A DNA stretch of 64,000 bases, taken from Candidatus Moraniibacteriota bacterium (GTDB lineage Bacteria; Patescibacteriota; Minisyncoccia; Moranbacterales; GCA-2747515). The stretch is from the NCBI GenBank assembly GCA_016699795.1, contig CP065011.1, forward strand, positions 947,449 through 1,011,448, given 5' to 3'. Positions 9,834 through 19,420 of this stretch are shown in pieces. Within the stretch, counting starts at the first letter, position 1, and each line of letters opens with the position of its first letter. The translations under genes and the position numbers were made by a program. Below the pieces are notes generated by a model. That model was not told the origin of the DNA, did no database searches, and saw only the letters and a program-made list of their open reading frames with translations.

Positions 9834-11087
9834 ATGAGAGCGTTTATACAATCAATTCGAATGGCTTTAAAAAATCTTTCGCAGAACGCGACAAGAACTT
9901 TTATTACGCTTATTGGTATCGTTTTATCGATAGCTGCCATTATTATGGTTATGAGCGCTGGAGAGAGTGTAAAACAATTTATTTTAGGACAACTTGGTGT
10001 TTTTGGAACAGATTTAATTCAAGTAGAACCACGAGTTCCTTCAGGGACAACAAGTCAAGATCGAAGCTCTACGAGTATTGTAAACGCTTTGACACGAATA
10101 ACAACGCTTAATCTTGAAGATGGAGAAGCTATACAAAAGCTTGATAATATAGAAACATTTTCCGGAGGTTCTTTTGGACAAGGACAAATTCGATATAGTC
10201 GCGAGAGGAGTAGTTCTATGATCTTTGGGACAAGCCCTGATATGATTATTGTGGATGAAAATATCGTTATTTCTGAAGGACGATTTTATTCTGAAGAAGA
10301 AGATCGTTCATTGGGACAAGTAGCTGTTTTGGGAAGTGGCCTGAAAGAAAAACTTTTTGGGAATCGAAATGCTGTGGGTGAAAAAATTGAAATAAATGGA
10401 AAGGGTTACAGAGTTATCGGCGTTCTCAAAGAAAGGGGAGGTGCCGGATTCTTATCTTTTGATGATATGCTGTATATGCCTATTCAGACACTGCAAAAGA
10501 AAATTTTGGGTGTTGATTATGTAAGTTCTCTTACTGTAAAGGTGAAAGATAATAGTATCGTAAAAAAAACAGCCGAGGACGTTCGTGCACTTCTTCGAAA
10601 ACGTCATAATATTTATGATGCAAAAAATGATGATTTTGAAGCGGTGTCTATTACGGAAGGACAAGAATTGGTAGAGGAAGTTTTTGGAGCTATATCTATT
10701 TTACTTCTTGCTCTTGCCTCGATTTCTCTTATTGTGGGAGGTGTAGGAATTATGAATGTAATGTTCGTTGCTATGGAAGAACGTATTTCCGAGATAGGTT
10801 TAAGAAAAGCAGTGGGTGCGAGGTCCGGAGATATTCTTTGGCAATTTCTTGTGGAAGCTGTGGTTATAGCACTTTTTGGTGCTTGTATAGGCTTGGCTCT
10901 CGGCGTTGGTTTGGTGTGGGTTATTATTGGAGTGCTTGGATATTTTGATATTGATGTTGCTTTTGGCGTAACTATGAATTCTATTTTTGTAAGTATTAGT
11001 TTTTCTGTTTTTGCGGGAATACTTTTTGGTTTGTATCCGGCGTGGCGAGCATCTCAAATTCCTCCGACCGAGGCTATGCGAGGATGA
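9834..11087 (+). CDS. ABC transporter permease, FtsX/MacB-like, second copy
   Basis: Same architecture as the preceding gene (FITLIGIVLSIAAIIMVMSAG ... PTEAMRG). Confidence 0.8.
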   Translation: MRAFIQSIRMALKNLSQNATRTFITLIGIVLSIAAIIMVMSAGESVKQFILGQLGVFGTDLIQVEPRVPSGTTSQDRSSTSIVNALTRITTLNLEDGEAIQKLDNIETFSGGSFGQGQIRYSRERSSSMIFGTSPDMIIVDENIVISEGRFYSEEEDRSLGQVAVLGSGLKEKLFGNRNAVGEKIEINGKGYRVIGVLKERGGAGFLSFDDMLYMPIQTLQKKILGVDYVSSLTVKVKDNSIVKKTAEDVRALLRKRHNIYDAKNDDFEAVSITEGQELVEEVFGAISILLLALASISLIVGGVGIMNVMFVAMEERISEIGLRKAVGARSGDILWQFLVEAVVIALFGACIGLALGVGLVWVIIGVLGYFDIDVAFGVTMNSIFVSISFSVFAGILFGLYPAWRASQIPPTEAMRG

Positions 11088-11323
11088 AAAATACAAAAAT
11101 ATTTGTTCATTTTTTCTTTCATCACAAAGTCAGTCAATTTTTTAAAGAAATTTATAAAAAATACCAAACATACGTATAAAATTTTCATCAATACATGATA
11201 AAAGTTTGAAAATTACAGGAAAAAATTAAGATAAATAAGTATCTCTTTACGAGTGAAGAAAGGCGGGATATATTAAGGAAAGAAAGATTGTATTACATTC
11301 TAGAATGGTAATATCTCATCATT

Positions 11324-13954
11324 ATGAATATCGAACGATTTACGGAGAAATCCCAAGAACTTTTGAGAAATGCTCAGGAAGCGGCTATTTCTCGTTCTCA
11401 ACAACAAATTGATACTTTTCACATAGCGTATGCCATGCTCCTTCAAGAAGGTTCTGTTGTGACAACTCTTTTGGATGCTCTTAGGGTTGATAGAATTAAA
11501 ATTCAAGGGGAAATTCTTTCAGAAATAGAAAAACTTCCTACTGTTCCTTCTCCCTCTTCTCAAATTATTGTAACGAGTGATGCTGCTCGTATTTTAGAGC
11601 AAGCTAAAAAAGAAATGGAAGGAATGAAAGACGATTTTATTTCTACGGAGCATATATTTTTGGCTATTTTATCAGTTAAAAGCATTGTTTCTCGTATTTT
11701 TTTGCAGTACGGAGTAGAATATTCTAAAGTTTTGGAAGCTCTTTCTAAGGTTCGAGGATCTCATCGGGCAGACTCGCCCAACCCAGAAGGAAAATATCAA
11801 GCTTTAGAAAAATATTCTCAAAATCTTACTCAACTTGCTAGAGATCAAAAGCTTGATCCTGTGATAGGGAGAAATGAGGAGATCAGACGTGTTATGCAAG
11901 TTCTTTCCAGAAGAACGAAAAATAATCCTGTACTTATAGGAGAAGCAGGAACAGGAAAAACTGCTATTGCAGAAGGGCTTGCGTTAAGAATTATACATGG
12001 AGATGTCCCAGAGACGTTAAAAGAAAAAGAGTTAGTTTCTTTGGATTTGGGAGCACTTCTTGCAGGGGCAAAATTTCGGGGAGAATTCGAAGAGCGCCTT
12101 AAGGCGGTTCTTAAAGAAATTGAAGATTCTGATGGAAGATATGTTTTATTTATTGATGAACTCCATACTCTTGTGGGAGCAGGCGCTACGGAAGGGGCTA
12201 TGGATGCTTCCAATATGCTCAAGCCGGCTTTGGCACGCGGAAGGCTCCGCACTATAGGAGCGACAACACTAAAAGAATACCAGAAATATATTGAAAAGGA
12301 CGGCGCTTTGGAACGACGATTTCAACCAGTTTTTGTATCAGAGCCAAGCGTTGAAGATGCTATAGCCATACTTCGTGGAATTAAAGAAAAGTATGAACTT
12401 CATCATGGAGTAAAAATAACAGACACGGCTATTGTAAGTGCAGTAAATCTTTCTAAGAGATATATTAGTGATCGTTTCCTTCCTGATAAGGCTATTGATC
12501 TTATTGATGAGGCGGCTTCTACATTACGAATGGAAATTGATTCAATGCCTTCTGAAATTGATGCTTTGGAAAGAGTTATTCGCCAATTAGAAATAGAAAG
12601 AGAAGCTTTGAAACAAGAAAATGGGGCTGTGAATAAAAAAAGACTTTCGAGTATTAAAAAAGAATTAGCAGAAATAAAAGAAAAATCAAAAACACTCACC
12701 ATTCAGTGGAAGAAAGAAAAGGAATTAATTTTGGGGCTTCGAGAACATAAAAAACAAATTGATATATTGAGAGGGGAGGCTGATCTTCTTGAACGATCTG
12801 GTGATCTCGCCCGAGTAGCAGAAATTCGATATGGAAAGATTCCTGATTTAGAAAAGAAAATTATAGAAGAAGAGGAAAAGCTTACTTCTATGCAAAAGGA
12901 CAATCCCATACTTAAAGAAGAAGTTTCTGAGGAAGATATTGCCAAAGTAGTTGCTCGTTGGACGAGAATTCCTATTTCTAAAATGCTACAAGGAGAGCTG
13001 GAAAAATTAGCAGATATGGAGTCTGATCTCAAAAAAAGAGTAGTGGGACAAGAAGAAGCTATCATTGCTGTTTCAAATGCTATTCGACGTTCTCGAGCAG
13101 GAATCTCTGAAGAAGATCATCCTATAGGATCTTTTCTTTTTCTTGGACCAACTGGAGTGGGAAAGACCGAATTAGCAAAGGCTCTTTCTGAACTTTTGTT
13201 CAATGATGAAAAATCTCTTATTCGTCTTGATATGAGTGAATATATGGAGTCTCATTCTACAGCAAAAATGATAGGCTCTCCTCCAGGATATGTCGGTTAT
13301 GATGAAGGGGGACAACTTACCGAAATTATTCGACGTCGTCCTTATAGTGTTATTCTTCTCGATGAAATAGAAAAAGCTCATACTGATGTATTTAATGTTC
13401 TTCTTCAAATTTTGGATGACGGAAGACTTACAGACGGTAAAGGAAGAGTTGTAAATTTCAAGAATACCGTTGTCATTATGACTTCAAATGTGGGCTCTGA
13501 TGTTATTTATAAGATGCATAATCTTGGGTTCCAAACAGAAAAAGGAAAAGAATCTCTCAACGAATCTGAGATGCGAGAAAAAGTTTTAGAAAAACTTCGA
13601 GAAAGATTTAAACCAGAATTTTTGAATAGAATTGATGAGACTATTATTTTTCATCCGGTAAATGAAAAAATGCTTGAGAAGATTGTACAATTACAGATAC
13701 AGAGAGTTTCTCGTCGTTTAGAAAAACGAGCAATTCATATTTCTTTGACGGAATCTGCTGAAAAATATCTTACGAGAAAAGGCTTTGATCCTATATATGG
13801 AGCCCGTCCACTTAAACGGGTTATTCAACATGATATTTTAGATCCCTTGGCGCTTCATATTATAGAAGGAAAAATCAAAGACGGAGATTCTATAACAGTA
13901 GATATTTCATTAGAGGAAGAAATTATCTTTAAACAAAATAAAAATAAAGAATGA
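11324..13954 (+). CDS. clpB: Chaperone ClpB (AAA+ disaggregase with coiled-coil M domain)
   Basis: Clp N-domain, two AAA+ modules (GEAGTGKTA; GPTGVGKTE), long coiled-coil between NBD1 halves, 876 aa. Confidence 0.93.
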   Translation: MNIERFTEKSQELLRNAQEAAISRSQQQIDTFHIAYAMLLQEGSVVTTLLDALRVDRIKIQGEILSEIEKLPTVPSPSSQIIVTSDAARILEQAKKEMEGMKDDFISTEHIFLAILSVKSIVSRIFLQYGVEYSKVLEALSKVRGSHRADSPNPEGKYQALEKYSQNLTQLARDQKLDPVIGRNEEIRRVMQVLSRRTKNNPVLIGEAGTGKTAIAEGLALRIIHGDVPETLKEKELVSLDLGALLAGAKFRGEFEERLKAVLKEIEDSDGRYVLFIDELHTLVGAGATEGAMDASNMLKPALARGRLRTIGATTLKEYQKYIEKDGALERRFQPVFVSEPSVEDAIAILRGIKEKYELHHGVKITDTAIVSAVNLSKRYISDRFLPDKAIDLIDEAASTLRMEIDSMPSEIDALERVIRQLEIEREALKQENGAVNKKRLSSIKKELAEIKEKSKTLTIQWKKEKELILGLREHKKQIDILRGEADLLERSGDLARVAEIRYGKIPDLEKKIIEEEEKLTSMQKDNPILKEEVSEEDIAKVVARWTRIPISKMLQGELEKLADMESDLKKRVVGQEEAIIAVSNAIRRSRAGISEEDHPIGSFLFLGPTGVGKTELAKALSELLFNDEKSLIRLDMSEYMESHSTAKMIGSPPGYVGYDEGGQLTEIIRRRPYSVILLDEIEKAHTDVFNVLLQILDDGRLTDGKGRVVNFKNTVVIMTSNVGSDVIYKMHNLGFQTEKGKESLNESEMREKVLEKLRERFKPEFLNRIDETIIFHPVNEKMLEKIVQLQIQRVSRRLEKRAIHISLTESAEKYLTRKGFDPIYGARPLKRVIQHDILDPLALHIIEGKIKDGDSITVDISLEEEIIFKQNKNKE

Positions 13955-14733
13955 ATATTTTAAAGTTAATACGAGATCAACGACATGACATTCTTGCTTC
14001 CTTCCTGGTTGCTTTCTTGCTTTTTTCTTCCATGGAAGCTCTTTTTTTGGGTTGGAAATATCTTTACGTAAGTGCAGGTCTTCTTGTCGTGCAATTCTTT
14101 TTCCTAGCCATTAAATTTTCACAATCAAAAAGAGATTTTCTCTGGGCATTTATCGCTATTTTGTATTCGATAGGTTCTTGCGGAGTTCTCTTTTTTGTAA
14201 GTTCAAATTTTTTCCAACAAATAATGATTTTCGGATCATCTTTATTTATTTTTTTCGCTTCGTATTCTTATAGACAACTTGCTTTGAGTGAGAAAAAACT
14301 TTCTTCCCAGGGAGTTTTATTTGCTATGCATTTTCTAACCCTTTTTCTCTTTTTTGGATTCTTTTGTGCTGTTCATATTAATTATAGTATTCCGCAGTGG
14401 CTTTTGGCATTTTTATTTGGAGGGGCATCTTTTTTTGTGAGTCTTCATTCTTTTCTTCTTACGAGACCCACGATGCCAAAGGATGCTTTTGCTTATAGCT
14501 TTGTTATGGGATTTCTTTTCTTTCAATTCGCATGGTTTGTACATTTTTGGCCATTCGGATATTTGACTATTTCTGCTGTGTTACTGGTAACATTTTTTTG
14601 TCTTTGGGATTTACTCCAAACCCATATGGAGGGAACACTTCGAAAACAACGATTTCTTATGAATACAATATTCTTTTTGGTTCTTGTGGGAATTGTATTA
14701 GCAAGTTCTCCTTGGACTATTGTTTTGGAATAA
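13951..14733 (+). CDS. Hypothetical polytopic membrane protein (start overlaps the clpB stop, ATGA)
   Basis: 260 aa, about 7 hydrophobic helices, translationally coupled to clpB. Confidence 0.5.
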   Translation: MNILKLIRDQRHDILASFLVAFLLFSSMEALFLGWKYLYVSAGLLVVQFFFLAIKFSQSKRDFLWAFIAILYSIGSCGVLFFVSSNFFQQIMIFGSSLFIFFASYSYRQLALSEKKLSSQGVLFAMHFLTLFLFFGFFCAVHINYSIPQWLLAFLFGGASFFVSLHSFLLTRPTMPKDAFAYSFVMGFLFFQFAWFVHFWPFGYLTISAVLLVTFFCLWDLLQTHMEGTLRKQRFLMNTIFFLVLVGIVLASSPWTIVLE

Positions 14734-14743
14734 TAAAGGATGT

Positions 14744-16003
14744 TTATCCAAATTGAAGAAGATTTGGAGCAAAAAGAAGAAGAAATCCAAGAATGAGCAT
14801 AAGGACTCCTCCGATAAGATTGGAGAGCGTGGAATATTTTGAAGTGAGATGAATTTTCTCTATACCTTTGAGCGCTATAGCAAAAACAAAAAGATCATCG
14901 AGCATATAAGTAAATATATACAATCCAACCATAGATTGTTGGAAAGCGAATCCAGCCCCGTTCATTTCAATAATTTTGGTAAATGTTTGAGGAATACCTA
15001 TTGAACAAGCAAATTCAATTATAGTGATACTAAATGAAAGAAATACAACAGCTAGGATAGTAGAAAGATTGAAAGGTGAAGATATAATAGATTTTATTTG
15101 TTTGATAATTTTTTCTCTTTTTGATGCGGCTGTTACGGAACAAACACCTTTTTTTATAAGCCATTCATAAAGAAAGAAAACTCCTCCACCAATAGCAACG
15201 ATACCTATAAGAGGAGTGATTATTGTATCGAGCTTAACAAAATTCCAAGTAGTAAGCCAAAGATTGAGGATAAAAAAGTAAATAATTGCTTGAGAAAAAA
15301 GGAAAATACCAACAAGAGAAAAAATCTGTTTCCGAGAAGATGATTGAGAAAGAAAGAGAAGAAAGGTAACAAGGACCCACATGGCACATGGGTTGAATCC
15401 ATCTACAAAGCCCAGTATAAGAGACAAAAATGGTACCGGGTAAGAACTTAGATCAGTAGCTCCGAAAAAGGGAAGGGAAATGATAAGTTCTTGAGAAGGC
15501 ATGGCACATACACCTGTTTCAGAATTTTCTAAACAAGTAGCTCCTTGAGAAATCTCGTTTTTTCCACTCCCACCCTGTTCTATAAATTTTTCTGGAGTTA
15601 TTTGTTTTTCTTTAGAATACGTAAGAATAAGATCTTCTATTTTTTTGCCTGTGGTTTCTGCTGTTTCAAATCCAGAAAGGACGGTGTCACCAACTAATGT
15701 GATGGGTGTGGCCAAGGGAAGTTTCTCCAATTGAGCTATACTTTTCCATTGTGAAGCGTAGGGTTCTGTGTAGATATCAAGATAATGTATTTCAAGAAAA
15801 TCATAACGATTTTTTAAAGTATTGAGAAATTCTTTTTCTTGCAAACAATGTCTACAGTCTTCTCTGGCAAAAACATACACAATAAAATGTTCCGAAGAAG
15901 TGGCGTTTATATTTTGAGCATAGAGGGTTGGTGATGCATTTGTGAACAAGAAAGAAAACGTAAGAACAAAAATAAAAGAAATTTTTTTATAGGAAAATAC
16001 CAT
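14744..16003 (-). CDS. Thioredoxin-like domain fused to a CcdA/DsbD-like transmembrane thiol-disulfide transporter
   Basis: Signal peptide; CxxC motif EDCRHC in a thioredoxin/glutaredoxin-like N-domain; Cys pair GATC...GVCAMP; membrane domain with DGFNPCAMW resembling the DsbD/CcdA conserved Cys-containing helix. Confidence 0.55.
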   Translation of the reverse strand: MVFSYKKISFIFVLTFSFLFTNASPTLYAQNINATSSEHFIVYVFAREDCRHCLQEKEFLNTLKNRYDFLEIHYLDIYTEPYASQWKSIAQLEKLPLATPITLVGDTVLSGFETAETTGKKIEDLILTYSKEKQITPEKFIEQGGSGKNEISQGATCLENSETGVCAMPSQELIISLPFFGATDLSSYPVPFLSLILGFVDGFNPCAMWVLVTFLLFLSQSSSRKQIFSLVGIFLFSQAIIYFFILNLWLTTWNFVKLDTIITPLIGIVAIGGGVFFLYEWLIKKGVCSVTAASKREKIIKQIKSIISSPFNLSTILAVVFLSFSITIIEFACSIGIPQTFTKIIEMNGAGFAFQQSMVGLYIFTYMLDDLFVFAIALKGIEKIHLTSKYSTLSNLIGGVLMLILGFLLLFAPNLLQFG

Positions 16004-16014
16004 ACATGCAATTT

Positions 16015-17799
16015 TTAAGGAATAATCAAAAGTCTATCTTCCGCCGTATAGGAGGAAAAAGTGGGAAAAGAGAAAGAAGTTGTATTTTCTGGTGAAGCTA
16101 ATCTGTAATCGTTAAAAATAACTTTTTGTCCGTCTTCTTCGGGGATATTACCATACTGTTTGAGAGAGTCTTCACGAACAAGAAGAAAAACTCTTTTAAA
16201 TTGAGAAAAATTAACTTTGGAGAAGTCTTCAGAATTAAAGAAATAAGCAGAAGAAAGGCCCATTGAAGTAAGAACGCCTGGAAACATTACAAAACCATTA
16301 CCACTCGCTGATTTATCAATAAGGATAAGGTCTTCTTTTTCAAAATTTTGACCAAAGAGTTTTACTTGTTCAAGAAGGCTTTCATCTTGTTTGAGAGTAA
16401 AAAAGAAAAGAAAGGGAATTGCTTGTGTTAAAAAAAGAAGAGTGACACAAAATAAAAATGGTTTCTTTTTGGAATAAAAAATCTTTTTTTCTATAAGAAG
16501 ATGGCTAATATAGGCCAAAATAAGTATAAAAAAACCAATAGTAGCAAAGGTAAATCTTCGAAACATCCAAGGATGGTCTGGAGAAATAAAAGGAACAAAA
16601 AGATAGATAAGTCCAGGCGAAAGAACAAAAAGAATGGTGACTATATGGGGGAGTGTAAGAAAAAGTTTCTTTTTGAAAAGAAAGATTGCACCAAGAATTC
16701 CAGAAAAAATAAGAACGCCCACCCCATAGAGAAAAAGTAACTTCCAAAGATTGAAAATTGAGATATTTGCAATATTTATGAGAGTAAGATCATTGGGTTG
16801 ACGAAGGCCAAGTGTTTCTAAAATAGCTTTGGCGACTATGGTGAAAAAGGGGATATTTGCAAAAACAGCAACAAGAAAAAATGAAGAGATGAGGAATAAA
16901 GGGATAAGTATCCTTTGAAAAAACTTTCTCTTAAGAAATGTGCGTGTATTTGAAAAAAGAAAAAAGGATATACCCATAAGGGCGACAAAAATAGGCCCTT
17001 CAACACGCACAATAAGAAGAAGAAAACAAGAAGATAAAAAGAAGAGATATTTTTTTGTATCGGGAGATTCTAGAAATCGAAGAAAAAAGAAAAGTGTTAT
17101 CCAAAGACTTGCCATCATAACATTTTCCGTAAGAGAAAAACGAGAAAACCACCAAATAGGAAATGAAAAGAGAAGAAGTGAACTAAAGATATATACTATT
17201 TTCTTCTTAAAAAAATGTGAAAGTATAAAGTAGAAAGAAAGAAAAAAGAGAAAAAGTGTAATCGCATTCCCCACCATAATATGAAAGGGTGATGGTATTC
17301 CAATAGCAAGAAGAGATGCGTACCACGCTATAGTAGGATGAGGAAATTGAGTGGTAAGATTTCCATCAGAATCATAATAAAAACCTGGGAAATGAAGAGC
17401 TTGACCTTCTCCATAGGCTTCGAAAAATGAAGAAGATTCCTTAGTTTTAAAATGAAAAGAGTGTTTTTCCGCCAAAAAATAAGATGCTTGAGCAATAGAG
17501 CCCTGATCTCTTCCTGTAAAAAGTGTCTGGGGTTGAAAAAAAATAAATGTATTCGTAAGAATAAAAATGATTACCCCAATGAAAAAAAATATTTCTTTGG
17601 AAGTATCTTTCTCATTTTTTATTTTTTTAGAGGGGTGAAAATGTTTCCAGCTAGATTCCCACGCAAAGTAACAGATGGTAATAGAAAGAAAAATCCAAAA
17701 AATACGAGCGTGAAAAAACCCTATCCAACCCAAAAGAGTTGCTAAAAGGATCCAAAAAATCCAAAAAAGAAAAACACGATAAAATATTGAAGTGTTCAT
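16015..17799 (-). CDS. Large polytopic membrane protein, possible GT-C-type (ArnT/PMT-like) glycosyltransferase
   Basis: 594 aa with more than 10 predicted TM helices and loops rich in aromatic residues; family assignment is tentative. Confidence 0.4.
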   Translation of the reverse strand: MNTSIFYRVFLFWIFWILLATLLGWIGFFHARIFWIFLSITICYFAWESSWKHFHPSKKIKNEKDTSKEIFFFIGVIIFILTNTFIFFQPQTLFTGRDQGSIAQASYFLAEKHSFHFKTKESSSFFEAYGEGQALHFPGFYYDSDGNLTTQFPHPTIAWYASLLAIGIPSPFHIMVGNAITLFLFFLSFYFILSHFFKKKIVYIFSSLLLFSFPIWWFSRFSLTENVMMASLWITLFFFLRFLESPDTKKYLFFLSSCFLLLIVRVEGPIFVALMGISFFLFSNTRTFLKRKFFQRILIPLFLISSFFLVAVFANIPFFTIVAKAILETLGLRQPNDLTLINIANISIFNLWKLLFLYGVGVLIFSGILGAIFLFKKKLFLTLPHIVTILFVLSPGLIYLFVPFISPDHPWMFRRFTFATIGFFILILAYISHLLIEKKIFYSKKKPFLFCVTLLFLTQAIPFLFFFTLKQDESLLEQVKLFGQNFEKEDLILIDKSASGNGFVMFPGVLTSMGLSSAYFFNSEDFSKVNFSQFKRVFLLVREDSLKQYGNIPEEDGQKVIFNDYRLASPENTTSFSFPTFSSYTAEDRLLIIP

Positions 17800-17902
17800 A
17801 TTTCACAGTATAACAAAGACGAATCAAAAAATGAAGAGTAGTTTTATTTTTAAGGGGAAAAGTTATTGAGACCGTTTGTTTTTTTGAAGATTAGCAGGGA
17901 AG

Positions 17903-17932
17903 AGAAATAAAAAAACGCTTTATAAGCGTTTA
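17903..17932 (-). terminator. Rho-independent terminator downstream of csrA (stem aaacgctt / aagcgttt; T-run on the minus strand)
   Basis: Perfect 8-bp hairpin at 17913-17932, followed on the minus strand by a U-run (complement of aaaaaaa at 17906-17912). Confidence 0.5.
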
Positions 17933-18093
17933 AAGATGGGGGAGCCGTCCATGGCTACAAAAATTTTTTTTTCGTTATACACGAACAAAAATAAAACGAA
18001 TAGGAATAAAAAAGGGAAATCTCCCATATAATCTCTTTGATAAAGAGTGAGGAGGAATTAACTTTTTTCATTACGCTATTTTTTTATTTTTGA

Positions 18094-18342
18094 TTAATGG
18101 GAAGAATCCCAATCAATGAACCGAGCTCCTCGTCTCAAGAAGCCTTTATTGGGGGGGCTTTGTTCTAGAGAGGGATTAGCATTACCAACACCGTTATTTC
18201 TTTTATGCTGATCTATCAGCATTTCTTTCGGGGCTTTAATACCTAGCTCTATACTCCCATTCTCTTTTACTTTGAGAACGTGAAGAACGATTGCGTCCCC
18301 GATAGTGATACTTTCCCCGGGAAATCGTGCTAGAATGAACAT
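18094..18342 (-). CDS. csrA: Carbon storage regulator CsrA (RNA-binding global regulator)
   Basis: MFILARFPGESITIGDAIVLHVLKVKENGSIELGIKAPKEM aligns by eye with the CsrA consensus [40 protein letters not shown]. Confidence 0.8.
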   Translation of the reverse strand: MFILARFPGESITIGDAIVLHVLKVKENGSIELGIKAPKEMLIDQHKRNNGVGNANPSLEQSPPNKGFLRRGARFIDWDSSH

Positions 18343-18484
18343 GGCTGGGTAACCTCCTATCTTTATATGAAGTACTTAACGAGAGCTTTATAAAAGTACT
18401 ATTTTTATCAAATTTGTCAAGTTTTAGCGTGCTATTGGATGTATAAATTTTTTAATTCTTCTAGGGGGGGCATAGAAAAAGAGT

Positions 18485-19174
18485 ATGGAAAAAATAGAGC
18501 TTCGGTTGAATAGAATTTCTCAGAGTAACTTTGTCAAAAAAATATTTCTTTCTATCCAAAAGGAAAGACCCTTCCGCATAGCTACTTTAAATACAGAATA
18601 TTTTTTGGAGATGAGAAAAAATGAAAAGTTTCAAAAAGCGGTTTTTACATCCGATTCTTTTGTGTGTGATGGCATTGGTCTTAAGGCATTACTTTTTTTT
18701 AGAGGAATAAAAAATATACCGAGAATTTCCGGTGTTGATCTTTGTAGAGAAATTCTTGATTGTTCAGAGAAAAAAGGAAATGTAAAAATATATGTTGCTG
18801 TTTGGAAATCAGGACTAAGCTCAATAGAGGAAATTTCTTCTTTTATACAGAAAAACTATCCCTCAATATCTATTTTGGGATACACATTTTCTCATAGAAA
18901 TAAAGAATGGGACTTTGGTATAAAAGATATACAGAAAAAAAATCCTGATATTGTTTTTTGCAATTTTGGAATTCCAGAACAAGAATATTTTCTGGAAAAA
19001 TTACAAGAAAAATACAAAAAAGGTATTCTTATAGGAGTTGGTGGAACATTCGACTATTGGACAGAGAAGCAAAAACGAGCACCTTTTTGGATGTGTCAAA
19101 TGGGATTGGAGTGGTTTTGGAGATTTTCTCGAGATCCCCGAAGGATTTTTCGATTTTTTAAAAGATTGTTTTAG
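18485..19174 (+). CDS. WecG/TagA/CpsF-family glycosyltransferase (N-acetylmannosaminyltransferase-like)
   Basis: C-terminal GVGGTFDYW...QMGLEWFWRFSRDPRRIFRFFKR matches the characteristic WecG/TagA C-terminus (GLEWLYRL..EPRRLWRRY). Confidence 0.8.
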   Translation: MEKIELRLNRISQSNFVKKIFLSIQKERPFRIATLNTEYFLEMRKNEKFQKAVFTSDSFVCDGIGLKALLFFRGIKNIPRISGVDLCREILDCSEKKGNVKIYVAVWKSGLSSIEEISSFIQKNYPSISILGYTFSHRNKEWDFGIKDIQKKNPDIVFCNFGIPEQEYFLEKLQEKYKKGILIGVGGTFDYWTEKQKRAPFWMCQMGLEWFWRFSRDPRRIFRFFKRLF

Positions 19175-19333
19175 GGGACTGTTGCCAATCTCCATTTTCT
19201 ATTACAATATTCAAATTTTAGTTGCAAATTCGATAGAAATTTGACAGAATATCCAGATATTCCTTACAAATTTCTACAATTTTCACAAAAAAATTTGAAA
19301 ATTTCATATACGAAAGGAGATCGGCAACAGTCC
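19174..19333. repeat. 19-bp near-perfect inverted repeat (gggactgttgccaatctcc / ggagatcggcaacagtccc) enclosing a 121-nt AT-rich spacer, between wecG and gltX
   Basis: Arms at 19175-19193 and 19315-19333 are reverse complements with one mismatch; the spacer contains TTGACA at about 19243. Confidence 0.6.
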
Positions 19334-19420
19334 CTTTAGAGCTTGATTTTTGAATCATTTTCAAGGATACTAGAAATATCTTTTAATTTTAAAAAAAGAG
19401 GTTTTTGTAATATTTTTTAT

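Noticed and set aside
11088-11323. Looked for CIRCE or another heat-shock operator upstream of clpB
   Set aside because: No TTAGCACTC-N9-GAGTGCTAA-like inverted repeat is present; the region is only generic AT-rich promoter sequence.
19343-19420. Longer gltX ORF start at 19343
   Set aside because: The extension (MIFESFSRILEISFNFKKRGFCNIFY) is not part of GluRS. The conserved N-terminus begins at the ATG at 19421, directly before the HIGH motif.
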